A DNA stretch of 64,000 nt from Patescibacteria group bacterium. Lineage in GTDB: Bacteria > Patescibacteriota > Patescibacteriia > Patescibacteriales > JAQTRU01. Below the pieces are notes generated by a model that saw nothing but the letters and a program-made list of their open reading frames with translations, searched no databases and had not been told where the DNA came from. A program made the position numbers and the translations under genes. Below, in pieces: positions 44,021-53,704 of this stretch. The number at the start of each line of letters is the position of its first letter. The stretch's first letter is position 1. The stretch is taken from positions 8,958 to 72,957 of the forward strand of contig JBAZPX010000002.1 in NCBI GenBank assembly GCA_041645555.1. The letters run 5' to 3'.

Positions 44021-44911
44021 TTATATTTCTATAATTGCCAAACGGTTACGGCCGGAGAGGTCTTTTTTTATTTTAATTTCATTTTTAGGCAGCTCGCTTT
44101 GCGCGAGCTTTTTTATTTTTCCTGCCTGAGCGGGGTCTATTTCGCAAAGGATGGAAAAAGAAACCGGGTTTAAGCTCTTAAGCTGTCTGGCCTGCCTGAA
44201 TAGCTCTTTATAATATTTTAACCCGTCCCTGCCCCCGTCCAAGGCCTTTTCTGGCTCATATTTGACGGTAGGAGAGGATTTTATCTGTGTTGGAGTAAGA
44301 TAAGGAAGATTAGCGAGAATTATCATCTTGGAATTATGATTTATGAATTTTGAGTTAAGAAGAGCGGGTTTAAGCAAATCGCCGTGAACAAATTTTATTT
44401 TTCTATTAACCCCATGCAATTCGGCATTTTTTTTGGCGACAGAAAGCACTTTTTCCGAAATATCTACACCCAACATTCTTAAATCATAATTCTTAATTCT
44501 TAAATCTAATTGCTTCGCCAAACTTATTATAATGCACCCCGAACCCGTCCCTACATCTATTAGCGTCATGCGCTTCTTATTATGAACTATAAGATCAAGC
44601 GCTTCTTCCACCATCAGCTCCGTTTCCGGCCGGGGGATAAGAACATTTTTATTAACGAAAAAGTTAAGACCGTAGAATTCTTTTTGGCCGGTTAAATAAG
44701 CTACTGGCTCGCCCTTAAGACGACGGCTGGTTAATCTTTTATAATAGCTAGCCTGGTTATTGGTTAATTCTTTCTCCGGATAAGTAAAAAGAAATTCCCG
44801 GTCTTTCTTTAAAATATGGGATAATAAAATTTCCGCCTCTAGAGCCGGATTTTTAATACTGCCTTTTTTAAGCTGGCCTGTTGCTTTTTGCAGGGCTTGC
44901 TTTATGAACAT
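44021..44911 (-). CDS. prmC: release-factor glutamine N5-methyltransferase (PrmC/HemK)
   Basis: DVGTGSGCI SAM motif and NLPY (NPPY variant). Located downstream of prfA. Confidence 0.85.
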   Translation of the reverse strand: MFIKQALQKATGQLKKGSIKNPALEAEILLSHILKKDREFLFTYPEKELTNNQASYYKRLTSRRLKGEPVAYLTGQKEFYGLNFFVNKNVLIPRPETELMVEEALDLIVHNKKRMTLIDVGTGSGCIIISLAKQLDLRIKNYDLRMLGVDISEKVLSVAKKNAELHGVNRKIKFVHGDLLKPALLNSKFINHNSKMIILANLPYLTPTQIKSSPTVKYEPEKALDGGRDGLKYYKELFRQARQLKSLNPVSFSILCEIDPAQAGKIKKLAQSELPKNEIKIKKDLSGRNRLAIIEI

Positions 44912-45117
44912 ATTTATGATAAGTTATTCGTAGATAGGGAGCCGTTGCTGGGAAAACCTCGCGAGTAATCTTCAATACCGGCAACGGCCCCCGATCGCGA
45001 ATATTATCGCTCCTTTTTATAAATAGAGCTTGAAGCCGTCAGGATGGAAAAAAAGATTTTCTTCCCGCGAGGGATACGGAGTATAAAAACAGAAGCCATT
45101 CCTGACGGCTTCTTTTT

Positions 45118-46149
45118 TTATAATTTTTTTCTTACCTCCTCAACAATATCGCCAATTTCTCCGTCCATAATCCGGGCGATGGAATGCCAGGTTTTTGGGA
45201 GGCGATGGTCAGTGACGCGATCCTGCGGAAAATTGTAAGTCCTTATTTTATCGCTTCTTTCTCCCCGGCCGAATTGCTGCTTTCTTTCGGCTGATTCTCT
45301 CTCTTGCCTATCTTCCTCGGCTATTTGCAAAAGGCGGGAACGGAGAATCTGCATGGCCTTTTCCTTATTCTGATGTTGGGATTTCTGGTCCTGGCACTGG
45401 ACGATTAAACCGGTCGGCAAATAAAGGATACGGATGGCGGAATTAGTGGTATTAACCGATTGGCCGCCCGGTCCGGAAGAAGCAAAAGTATCGATCCTGA
45501 TGTCGCTGGGGTTTATTACCAAATCCACCTCTTCCGCTTCGGCCAAAACTGCGACGGTCGCGGTAGAAGTGTGAATCCGGCCCTGCTTTTCCGTTTCCGG
45601 CACTCTTTGCACGCGGTGGGTGCCGCCTTCGTATTTAAGATGGCCAAAAACGTTTTTACCGGAAACAGAAAAAATGACCTCTTTAAATCCGCCGATGCCG
45701 ATACGGCTGGAGTTAAAAATTTCCGTTTTCCAGCCCTGCCGTTCGGCGAACCGGGAATACATCCGAAAAAGGTCAGCCGCGAATAAAGCCGATTCGTCTC
45801 CGCCCGCGCCGGCCCGAATTTCCATAATAACGTTCTTTTTATCCCGCGGGTCAGACGGCTTCAATCTAACCTCTATCTCATTTTTTAAATCCTCGTACTT
45901 CTTTTCCAGCTCCGCAAGCTCTTCCTGAGCCATTTCCTTCATCTCTCCGTCCGGCTCCTCTCCTATTATTTTTTCATTCTCCTTTATCCGGCCGTTTATT
46001 TTCTCCAATTCTAAAACCACCCCGACTGTTTCCTTAATTTCCGCATGCTGCTGGGAAATTTCGACTAATTTTTTGGGGCTGGATATGGCTTTCGGGTCAG
46101 CCAGCTGATCTTCAAGCTCTTTTAATTTTTTCTTTATTTCTTCATACAT
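45118..46149 (-). CDS. prfA: peptide chain release factor 1
   Basis: GGQSVN motif and RVPETEKQGRIHTS (PxT tripeptide region). Confidence 0.95.
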   Translation of the reverse strand: MYEEIKKKLKELEDQLADPKAISSPKKLVEISQQHAEIKETVGVVLELEKINGRIKENEKIIGEEPDGEMKEMAQEELAELEKKYEDLKNEIEVRLKPSDPRDKKNVIMEIRAGAGGDESALFAADLFRMYSRFAERQGWKTEIFNSSRIGIGGFKEVIFSVSGKNVFGHLKYEGGTHRVQRVPETEKQGRIHTSTATVAVLAEAEEVDLVINPSDIRIDTFASSGPGGQSVNTTNSAIRILYLPTGLIVQCQDQKSQHQNKEKAMQILRSRLLQIAEEDRQERESAERKQQFGRGERSDKIRTYNFPQDRVTDHRLPKTWHSIARIMDGEIGDIVEEVRKKL

Positions 46150-46466
46150 AGTTCAAGATGTTTAGATTGATTACTTGGTTTTTATGAACCCTTAATGCGA
46201 ATGCCGCGAATTGCGAATACAGTATTCACGGCATTCGCATTGTAGCAGGAAAATTTAAGTCCGCAGGAAGGATTTGCATTGATGGATTATCTAAAGGCTT
46301 AAGTCCGTTCCGCATCTTTCCTGTTAAAAGTATTCACTTTAAAGGGTTGATAACCGTATAAATCCGTACATCTAAAATCCTACAATAAAAAAAGCAACTA
46401 GCTGTGGTAATTACATTCTATCATATCTAAGTCTAATTACCAGTTGCTAATTACTTTTTAAAGTCG

Positions 46467-46778
46467 CTATTTTTTATCTTTTTTTTCTGCCTTAACCGTA
46501 ACTTCTTTTTTCGCCCTAACTTTAGCCTTAGCCGCTCTCTTAACCCTTTTGCCTTTGTGGGTCTTTGCCACTTCTGTTTGCGCCTTGACTCTAGCGTGGA
46601 ATTTTTCTACCCGGCGGGCGGAGTCAACGAGTTTTTGCTTGCCGGTATAAAAAGGATGGCAGGCCGAACAAAGCTCGGTTTTAATTTCCGACAAAGTTGA
46701 ACCGGTAACAAAAGTATTGCCGCAAGCGCAACTTACTTTTGCCTCTTTATAATATTTTGGGTGGATATCTTTTTTCAT
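46467..46778 (-). CDS. rpmE: 50S ribosomal protein L31 with Lys-rich C-terminal extension
   Basis: [24 protein letters not shown]. Confidence 0.9.
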   Translation of the reverse strand: MKKDIHPKYYKEAKVSCACGNTFVTGSTLSEIKTELCSACHPFYTGKQKLVDSARRVEKFHARVKAQTEVAKTHKGKRVKRAAKAKVRAKKEVTVKAEKKDKK

Positions 46779-46779
46779 A

Positions 46780-46814
46780 TTTTTGCCCTCTTTCGAAAAG
46801 GGGGTAGGGGGATT
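46780..46814 (-). repeat. palindromic element family D copy in the rpmE 5' leader
   Basis: The minus strand reads AATCCCCCTACCCCCTTTTCGAAAGAGGGCAAAAAT, followed directly by the ATG. Confidence 0.7.
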
Positions 46815-46967
46815 AATAAATAAAAAAGCACGAGAATTAAGTGCTGTTTAAATGCTAACATAAAATAAAAAATAAAGCAAGAAGTGGGTCAGGCACCATT
46901 CCACTATCGCTTGGCAACAGACAATGGCGGTTTTTTGTTATTTTATTTTTTCTGTTATAATAAGGGC

Positions 46968-48425
46968 ATGACGAAAGTTGCCAATATTGCCAAAAACACT
47001 TCTTACCTGACCTTAGCTTTAATCATGCAAAAGGTCATTTCTTTTACCTATTTTACGCTTTTGGCGCGCAATCTAGGGCCGGAGGATTTAGGCAAATACT
47101 ATTTTGCCATTTCCTTTACTACTATTTTTGCTATCTTTATTGATTTGGGCCTGATAAACGTTCTAACCAGGGAAGTGGCAAAAACTCAAGATAGGGCCAA
47201 AGAATTGCTGGGCAGTGTTTTAACTATAAAACTGCCTCTGGCCGCTTTAGCTTTGCTCGTGGTCGGAATAATGATAAATTTAATGGACTATCCGGAGATT
47301 ACCCGCAATTTGGTTTACCTTTCTTCGGCCTGTATGGTCCTTGATTCTTTTACCACGACTTTCTTCGCCGTTATCCGCGGTTTCCATAATTTAAAATTTG
47401 AAAGTATCGCTTCCGTAATTTTTCAGCTGATTGTTATGGTTTTCGGCTTAACCGCTCTTTACGCCGGCGAAGGGCTTTATTGGATAATGGCGGCCTTAGT
47501 TATGGCCAGCACCTTTAATTTTATTTATTCTCTTTTTGTCCTTTGGCGGAAGATGGGGATAAAGATAAGGCTGATTTACGACCGGGCTTTGATAAAATTA
47601 ATTATAAATATCGCCATACCTTTCGGCTTATATGCTGTTTTCCAGAGAGTTTATACTTATCTTGATTCGGTTCTTTTATCAATTATGGCCGGGGATAAAT
47701 ACGTCGGGCTTTATCAGATCGCTTTTAAAATAATTTTTGCTCTGCAGTTCTTGCCTATGGCTTTCACGGCCTCGCTTTATCCGGCCATGAGTTCTTATTG
47801 GGTCAATAACCGGAAGCAGCTCGCTGTTTCTTTTGAGCGGGCTATGAATTATCTAATTATAATTTCCCTGCCCATCACCGCCGGAACTATCGTTATCGCC
47901 GACAAAATTATTTTAATCTTTAAATCCGGGTTTGCCGAAGCGGTTCTGCCCATGCAGATTATTATCGCCAGTTTAGTTTTTATTTTTTTAAATTTCCCGA
48001 TTGGCTCGCTTCTTAATGCCTGCGACCGGCAAAAAATAAATACTGTTAACATGGGAATCGTTACGGTCTTGAGCGTAATTTTGAATTTATTTTTAATTTC
48101 TAAATTCCAGGCCATTGGCGCGAGCTTGACGGTCCTAGCCACCAATATTTTAATGTTCATCCTAGGTATTTACTGGGTAGGCAAAATCATTGACTATCGG
48201 AAAGGGAAAATTTTTCTGGTTTTTTTGAAATCGCTTTTAGCCGCGGTTGCAATGGGCGCTTTAGTTTTATTCTTTAAGCCCTTGGTCAATATTTTTGCCC
48301 TGGTACCGGCCGCCGCAGCAGTTTATTTTATTCTCCTTTTCTTACTCGGCGGTTTTAGGAAAGAAGACATAATAAGCATATATAATTCCTTTTTAAATAA
48401 ATCGAAGACAGAAAATGCCAAATAA
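46968..48425 (+). CDS. MOP-superfamily oligosaccharide/lipid flippase (Wzx/MurJ-like)
   Basis: About 14 TM helices. TGTTATAAT ends 6 nt before the ATG at 46968. Confidence 0.8.
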   Translation: MTKVANIAKNTSYLTLALIMQKVISFTYFTLLARNLGPEDLGKYYFAISFTTIFAIFIDLGLINVLTREVAKTQDRAKELLGSVLTIKLPLAALALLVVGIMINLMDYPEITRNLVYLSSACMVLDSFTTTFFAVIRGFHNLKFESIASVIFQLIVMVFGLTALYAGEGLYWIMAALVMASTFNFIYSLFVLWRKMGIKIRLIYDRALIKLIINIAIPFGLYAVFQRVYTYLDSVLLSIMAGDKYVGLYQIAFKIIFALQFLPMAFTASLYPAMSSYWVNNRKQLAVSFERAMNYLIIISLPITAGTIVIADKIILIFKSGFAEAVLPMQIIIASLVFIFLNFPIGSLLNACDRQKINTVNMGIVTVLSVILNLFLISKFQAIGASLTVLATNILMFILGIYWVGKIIDYRKGKIFLVFLKSLLAAVAMGALVLFFKPLVNIFALVPAAAAVYFILLFLLGGFRKEDIISIYNSFLNKSKTENAK

Positions 48426-48492
48426 CCAAAAATCCAAAATTCAAAAATCAAATGTCAAATCAATTTCAAATGTAAAAATCCAAAGCTACTTT

Positions 48493-48575
48493 TGATATTT
48501 GGATTTTGGATTTGATTTGTCATTAGGATTTTGACATTTGTCATTTTATTAGAAATTAGAAATTGTAATTTGGCT
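48493..48575. repeat. AT-rich intergenic repeat family B, copy 2
   Basis: Homologous to 14481-14575, without the GC palindrome. Confidence 0.7.
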
Positions 48576-48589
48576 TTTAATTCTCTACC

Positions 48590-49666
48590 ATGAAAACCTT
48601 ATTATTCACATTAGAATATCCTCCTTTCTACGGCGGCATAGCTAATTATTACGGCAATTTAGTTAAACACTGGCCGCAACCGGATGAAATTTTTGTTTTG
48701 GATAATAATAACAGCCGCTTGATAAAAAATTGGTCTTGGCCTAAGTGGCTGCCGGCTATTTGGCAGCTTAAAGAAGAAATAAAAAATAAAAAAATAGGCC
48801 ACGTCTTGGTCGGCCATATTTTGCCCTTGGGGACAGTTACCTGGTTTTTGTCTGGAAAGATGAACTTTAAATATTCAGTAATTCTTCATGGTATGGATTT
48901 TACTTTTGCCTGCCGCAGCGCGAGGAAAAGATGGCTAACAAAAAGAATTCTTAAAAAAGCGGAAAATATAATCTGCGCCAATAGTTATACGGCGAAATTA
49001 GTGGAAAATTTTTTAGGCAGTAAAAATAAAATAGTAGTGGTTAATCCGGGAATTGCTAATCATATAACATATAACACGCAACACATAGCACGGCTAAAGA
49101 AAGAACGTAACCTTGAAAACAAATTTATCCTGTTAACCGTAGGGCGTTTGGTAAAGAGAAAGGGGATTGATATGGTTTTGGCTTGCCTGCCCGAAGCCCT
49201 TAAACAAGCGCCTAATTTAGTTTATGTTATAATTGGCGACGGGCCGGAAAAAGAGAATCTTAAAAAGCTTATTATTAATTTAAAGCTGGAGAAAAATGTC
49301 TTAATGGTTAATAAGGCCGGGGACGAAGAAAGAAATGCCTGGTATGGAAATTGCGATATTTTTATTATGCCGGCCAGGCAGATTAACGATGACTTTGAGG
49401 GCTTCGGTATTGTCTATTTAGAAGCCAATCTAGCCGGCAAGCCGGTTATTGCCGGAGATAGCGGGGGAGTAAGAGACGCGGTGGTTGACGGGGAGAATAG
49501 CTTATTGGTTAATCCGGAAAGTAAAGAAGAAATTACCGCCGCCATTATAAAATTAGCTAAAGATGAAAATTTAAGAAAAAAATTAGGGGAGAAGGGGAGA
49601 GAGCGGGCGATAGAAGAATTTAATTGGGAGAGACAAATCCGGAAGATATATAATTTAATTAAATAA
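48590..49666 (+). CDS. glycosyltransferase family 4
   Basis: GT-B/GT4 C-terminal pattern: FIMPAR...EGFGIVYLEANLAGKPVIAGDSGG. Confidence 0.85.
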   Translation: MKTLLFTLEYPPFYGGIANYYGNLVKHWPQPDEIFVLDNNNSRLIKNWSWPKWLPAIWQLKEEIKNKKIGHVLVGHILPLGTVTWFLSGKMNFKYSVILHGMDFTFACRSARKRWLTKRILKKAENIICANSYTAKLVENFLGSKNKIVVVNPGIANHITYNTQHIARLKKERNLENKFILLTVGRLVKRKGIDMVLACLPEALKQAPNLVYVIIGDGPEKENLKKLIINLKLEKNVLMVNKAGDEERNAWYGNCDIFIMPARQINDDFEGFGIVYLEANLAGKPVIAGDSGGVRDAVVDGENSLLVNPESKEEITAAIIKLAKDENLRKKLGEKGRERAIEEFNWERQIRKIYNLIK

Positions 49667-49700
49667 AAAGGAAGCGTCTAAAGCATAAGAACGCTTCCTG

Positions 49701-49991
49701 TCATTTGGAGAAAAAAATCTTTATCTCCCTATAGACGAGAAAAACCCCTAAAACCAGGATCGAGTTAAACAGCAAAGATAAATCCAACTGGCAGTAAAAA
49801 GGAGACACCAACCCGAAAAACCACATAGCATAGTATACCGCCAGGCAGGTAAGCCCCAGAAAATAAAGGACTTTATCCTTTGCCGAAATACTTTTCTGCC
49901 GGATAGTGCCGCTGAAAATTATAAGCAACACCGATAGAATGAATAGGAGAAAGAGCCTAAAGCCCCAAAAATAAAAACAGGCGATTGTCAT
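49701..49991 (-). CDS. small three-helix membrane protein
   Basis: Start MTIACFYFWG. The ATG overlaps the upstream stop (ATGA). Terminator hairpin at 49670-49698. Confidence 0.5.
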   Translation of the reverse strand: MTIACFYFWGFRLFLLFILSVLLIIFSGTIRQKSISAKDKVLYFLGLTCLAVYYAMWFFGLVSPFYCQLDLSLLFNSILVLGVFLVYREIKIFFSK

Positions 49992-50158
49992 ATTTTTTCC
50001 TCCCAACCCTTTGTGGCGAAGTCCAATATTATCCCGATGACGCAAAGAACGGCGCAAAGCAAAAAAGCGAATGGGAACACGGAGGGGAAATAAATGAAGT
50101 AGAAAAAAATTTCGCCCTCGTTGCCAGCGTACCCCAGTGTATTAAAGAACATTTCCAT
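49988..50158 (-). CDS. 56-codon membrane protein, below the ORF-track cutoff
   Basis: MEMFFNTLGYAGNEGEIFFYFIYFPSVFPFAFLLCAVLCVIGIILDFATKGWEEKI. GGGGGG Shine-Dalgarno-like run upstream. Stop overlaps the next start. Confidence 0.4.
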   Translation of the reverse strand: MEMFFNTLGYAGNEGEIFFYFIYFPSVFPFAFLLCAVLCVIGIILDFATKGWEEKI

Positions 50159-50228
50159 AGCCCCCCATTATCAGGATTATCGGGTTATCAAATTATTTAC
50201 ATATTAGTATATTCAAGCCAAAAGTCAA

Positions 50229-50921
50229 ATGATTAGCATCATCATCCCAATTTATAACCAGGCGGATAAGCTGCATAAATGTTTAGATAGTATCTTGGCG
50301 CAGACTTACAGAGATTACGAAGTTATTATTGTTGATGACGGTTCAAGCGATGATGTCCAAAAAATTATTAAAAAGTACGAGGGCAAGTTAATTGTTAAAT
50401 GTCAAAAGTCAAAAGTCAATCTAGGCGCGCCCGCGGCCCGGAATAGGGGATTTAGGGAAAGCAGGGGGGGGTATTTGTTTTTCTGCGATGCTGACGTGGT
50501 TTTAGCTTCCTGTGCCCTGGAAACGATGCTTATGGCCTTAAAAAGCCATCCGGAGGCCGGCTATGCCTATTCCTCTTTCTTTTGGGGCAGAAAACTTTTT
50601 AAATTAGGGCCGTTTTCGGAAGAAAGATTAAAACAGATGCCCTATATTAATACTATGTCCTTGATAAGAAGGGAGGCTTTCCCTAAAGGGGGCTGGGACG
50701 AATCAATAAAAAAGTTCCAGGACTGGGATTTATATTTAACCATGCTGGAAAACGGCCATAAAGGTTTCTGGCTTGATAAAGTTTTATTTAAAATCAAGCC
50801 GGGGGGGACAATAAGCTCCTGGCTGCCGTCTTTTACCTATAAACTCCTGCCGTTTCTGCCTAAAGTTAAAAAGTATAAAGAAGCGTTAAAGATAATAAAA
50901 AGTAAACATCATTTACTCTAA
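50229..50921 (+). CDS. glycosyltransferase family 2
   Basis: IIIPIYNQ...VIIVDDGSSD and the DAD motif of GT-A enzymes. Confidence 0.85.
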   Translation: MISIIIPIYNQADKLHKCLDSILAQTYRDYEVIIVDDGSSDDVQKIIKKYEGKLIVKCQKSKVNLGAPAARNRGFRESRGGYLFFCDADVVLASCALETMLMALKSHPEAGYAYSSFFWGRKLFKLGPFSEERLKQMPYINTMSLIRREAFPKGGWDESIKKFQDWDLYLTMLENGHKGFWLDKVLFKIKPGGTISSWLPSFTYKLLPFLPKVKKYKEALKIIKSKHHLL

Positions 50922-50925
50922 GCCT

Positions 50926-51384
50926 ATGTTTAAAAAAATAATATTTTTTGTCGGCCTCTTGGCGGTTTTAGTTATTGCCACCTCGTTAGTTCTTTCCCTA
51001 TCCAACGCAAAAAGGAAAACGGAAATGATCAAAATAAACGGTGCGGAGATTAAAGTTGAAGTTGCCAAAACATCGGCCGAGTACTACCAAGGACTATCCG
51101 GACGGGATGATTTGTGCCAAAATTGCGGCATGCTTTTTGTATTCGCCGACAAAACGGAAAGAACCTTTGTTATGCGCGGCATGCTTTTCCCGATAGATAT
51201 TATCTGGATTGACGGAGAAAAAATTGTTAAAATAGATAAAGATCTGCCGCCACCGGTTTCTAATTCCGGGGATGGCGGAGAATATAAAAGCGGCCAGCCG
51301 GTTAACTATGTTTTAGAAGTAAAAAGCGGTTTCTGCCGGGAAAATAAGGTAAAGATAGGGGATAAAGCAGAGTATTTGAAATAA
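50926..51384 (+). CDS. DUF192 domain protein
   Basis: MLFVF...TFVMRGMLFPIDIIWID pattern. Confidence 0.8.
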   Translation: MFKKIIFFVGLLAVLVIATSLVLSLSNAKRKTEMIKINGAEIKVEVAKTSAEYYQGLSGRDDLCQNCGMLFVFADKTERTFVMRGMLFPIDIIWIDGEKIVKIDKDLPPPVSNSGDGGEYKSGQPVNYVLEVKSGFCRENKVKIGDKAEYLK

Positions 51385-51390
51385 GCGAAG

Positions 51391-52875
51391 ATGAAAAATT
51401 TATTTGACAGGAAAACCGGACAAATAATTTTAGTCATATTCTTAGCGGAATTGTTTTCAATTTTTGCTTTTTTGCTGCCTGATTTTGAGAAGGCCGCTTT
51501 TTTTATTATCGCCGCTTTGGTCTTAGCCTTATCATTAATCAAGCTGGAATATGGCATTTTAATACTTTTGGCGGAATTATTTATCGGGTCTAAGGGTTAT
51601 CTATTTTATTTTGAAGACGGCGGAACAATAATTTCTATCCGCCTCGCTTTATGGCTTATTGTGATGGCAGTCTGGCTGGGGAAATTATTAGCCAGCTGGA
51701 TAAGAAACAGACAACGTCCTAAGTTAGAACCAAGCGGAAAGAATACTTATTTTTATTATTTTATTATTTTATTTTTATTCATTGCCTGGGGGATAACTAA
51801 TGGTTTCCTAAACCATAACGGTTTCGGCAATACCTTCTTCGATTTTAACGGCTGGCTTTATTTTATCTTAATTTTTCCAATTTATGATTTTCTTAAAAAT
51901 AAGGAAAATATTTATGATTTAGGCAGGGTTTTTCTGGCCGCTATAATTTGGCTAAGCGCCAAAACTTTTTTCCTGCTTTTTGCCTTTTCCCATATTTCAT
52001 CTGACATAATTTTGGATCTCTACCAATGGGTGCGGACTACCGGAGTCGGCGAAATAACACCGGTTGAAGGCGGCTTTTACCGCATATTTTTCCAGTCGCA
52101 TATCTTTATCCTTGTCGGTTTCTTCATGCTCTTGGCCTTCTCTCCCTATTGGCCGCCAAAAAATAAAAAATTATTCATTATTTATTATTCATTATTTATT
52201 TTATTCCTGTCCGTTATCCTCATAAGTTTTTCCCGCAGTTTTTGGATAGGCCTGGCAATCGGTCTTTTATTTTATTATCTGATTACGGTTCTAAGAGAGA
52301 AATGGAAAGCTGCTCTAAAAATATCCGCGGTTCTGCTGGTTGCTGGAGCAGCCGCCATAATCTTGGCTTTAATTATTGTTAAATTTCCTTATCCTGCTCC
52401 CTTAGGCGGTTTTAATGCCGCTTCGCTTTTTTCCAACCGCTTAAGCAATCTAGGAGAAGCGGCTGTTTCTTCCCGCTGGCAGCTTCTGCCGCCCTTATGG
52501 ACCGCCATAAAAAAGGCGCCAATTTTAGGCTCCGGTTTTGGCGCCACCGTTACTTATGAATCAAAAGACCCGCGGATCCTGGAGTCCAGCCCAACCGGGG
52601 AATATACAACCTACGCTTTTGAATGGGGCTGGCTGGATATCTGGTTAAAGTTAGGATTTTTCGGTTTATTGGCCTATTTATTACTTCTAGCTAAAATTAT
52701 ATATGACGGTCTTTTAGTAAAAAGCAGGCTGGGACTTGGCCTGGCTTTAGGACTCATAGTTATCGTAATCGTAAGTTTTTTTAGCCCCTATACCAACCAT
52801 CCCCTGGGAATCGGCTACTTAATAATCGCCGCGGCGGCCATAGAAAGGCTTAAAGCCGGTAATAGTCTTGCCTAA
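51391..52875 (+). CDS. O-antigen ligase/polymerase-like (Wzy_C) membrane protein
   Basis: About 12 TM helices with a FSRSFWIGLAIGLL central loop region. Confidence 0.7.
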   Translation: MKNLFDRKTGQIILVIFLAELFSIFAFLLPDFEKAAFFIIAALVLALSLIKLEYGILILLAELFIGSKGYLFYFEDGGTIISIRLALWLIVMAVWLGKLLASWIRNRQRPKLEPSGKNTYFYYFIILFLFIAWGITNGFLNHNGFGNTFFDFNGWLYFILIFPIYDFLKNKENIYDLGRVFLAAIIWLSAKTFFLLFAFSHISSDIILDLYQWVRTTGVGEITPVEGGFYRIFFQSHIFILVGFFMLLAFSPYWPPKNKKLFIIYYSLFILFLSVILISFSRSFWIGLAIGLLFYYLITVLREKWKAALKISAVLLVAGAAAIILALIIVKFPYPAPLGGFNAASLFSNRLSNLGEAAVSSRWQLLPPLWTAIKKAPILGSGFGATVTYESKDPRILESSPTGEYTTYAFEWGWLDIWLKLGFFGLLAYLLLLAKIIYDGLLVKSRLGLGLALGLIVIVIVSFFSPYTNHPLGIGYLIIAAAAIERLKAGNSLA

Positions 52876-52964
52876 TTTTTTGTTATGCTGTATATTAAAG
52901 ATTATGTTATTTAATTTTTCCACATGGCATGTCATGTGTTGCATGCTATGTGCTATATGAAAAT

Positions 52965-53429
52965 ATGCCTGACCAAATAATATCTCAAGACGGTTATGAC
53001 AAATTAAAAAAAGAACTGGATTGTTTAACAAACGTCAGGAGAAAAGAAATCGCGGAAAGAATTGAGAAGGCTAAAGAGTTGGGGGATTTAAGCGAGAATG
53101 CCGAGTACCAGGATGCCAAAGACGAGCAGGCTTTTAATGAAGGCCGGGTTATGGAAGTAACTAACCTCCTTAAAAATCTAACCGTCATTGAAAACGACCA
53201 TGAGAAAAAGAGCGGAGTGGCTATGGGTTCAAAAGTATTGGTAAAGAATAACGGCGGGATAGAAAAAGAATATATGATTGTAAGCTTTAACGAAGCTGAC
53301 CCGATAGCCGGAAAAATCTCAAACGAATCGCCTTTGGGCGTGGCTTTTTTAGGCAAAAAGCAGGGGGATAAGGTAAGGGTTAATACCCCTAAAGGCGAAG
53401 CTGAATATGAAATTATAAAAATTGAATAA
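52965..53429 (+). CDS. greA: transcription elongation factor GreA
   Basis: DLSENAEYQDAKDEQ coiled-coil tip and the C-terminal domain. Start set at MPDQIISQDGY. Confidence 0.9.
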   Translation: MPDQIISQDGYDKLKKELDCLTNVRRKEIAERIEKAKELGDLSENAEYQDAKDEQAFNEGRVMEVTNLLKNLTVIENDHEKKSGVAMGSKVLVKNNGGIEKEYMIVSFNEADPIAGKISNESPLGVAFLGKKQGDKVRVNTPKGEAEYEIIKIE

Positions 53430-53464
53430 ACCACAAAATTCACATTTTCATCTTGGAGGGAAAG

Positions 53465-53590
53465 ATGTTAAAAAAATTTTTGTTTTTTTTGATTGATTTT
53501 TTCATCCTTCCCGTTGTGGGCCGCTTGACCTATATAATCTCTGGGTATTGGCCCCCACTTCATTTGGATGACGGGAGACCGAAAAAATAA
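53465..53590 (+). CDS. 41-codon hydrophobic peptide, below the ORF-track cutoff
   Basis: GGAGGG Shine-Dalgarno 4 nt upstream. MLKKFLFFLIDFFILPVVGRLTYIISGYWPPLHLDDGRPKK. Terminator follows. Confidence 0.35.
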   Translation: MLKKFLFFLIDFFILPVVGRLTYIISGYWPPLHLDDGRPKK

Positions 53591-53612
53591 TTTGAAAAGT
53601 GCAACAAAAAGA

Positions 53613-53639
53613 GCCGCTACCGCAAAGCGGCCTTTTTTC
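53613..53639 (+). terminator. intrinsic terminator
   Basis: GCCGCT/AGCGGC stem followed by TTTTTT. Confidence 0.7.
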
Positions 53640-53640
53640 T

Positions 53641-53669
53641 TTGACTTTTAGATAAAAATGTCTTAAAAT
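53641..53669 (+). promoter_or_regulatory. sigma70-like promoter of lysS
   Basis: TTGACT, 17-nt spacer, TAAAAT. Confidence 0.5.
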
Positions 53670-53704
53670 ATTAATATTAATTAACGTATTAAATTACTAA
53701 CTAT

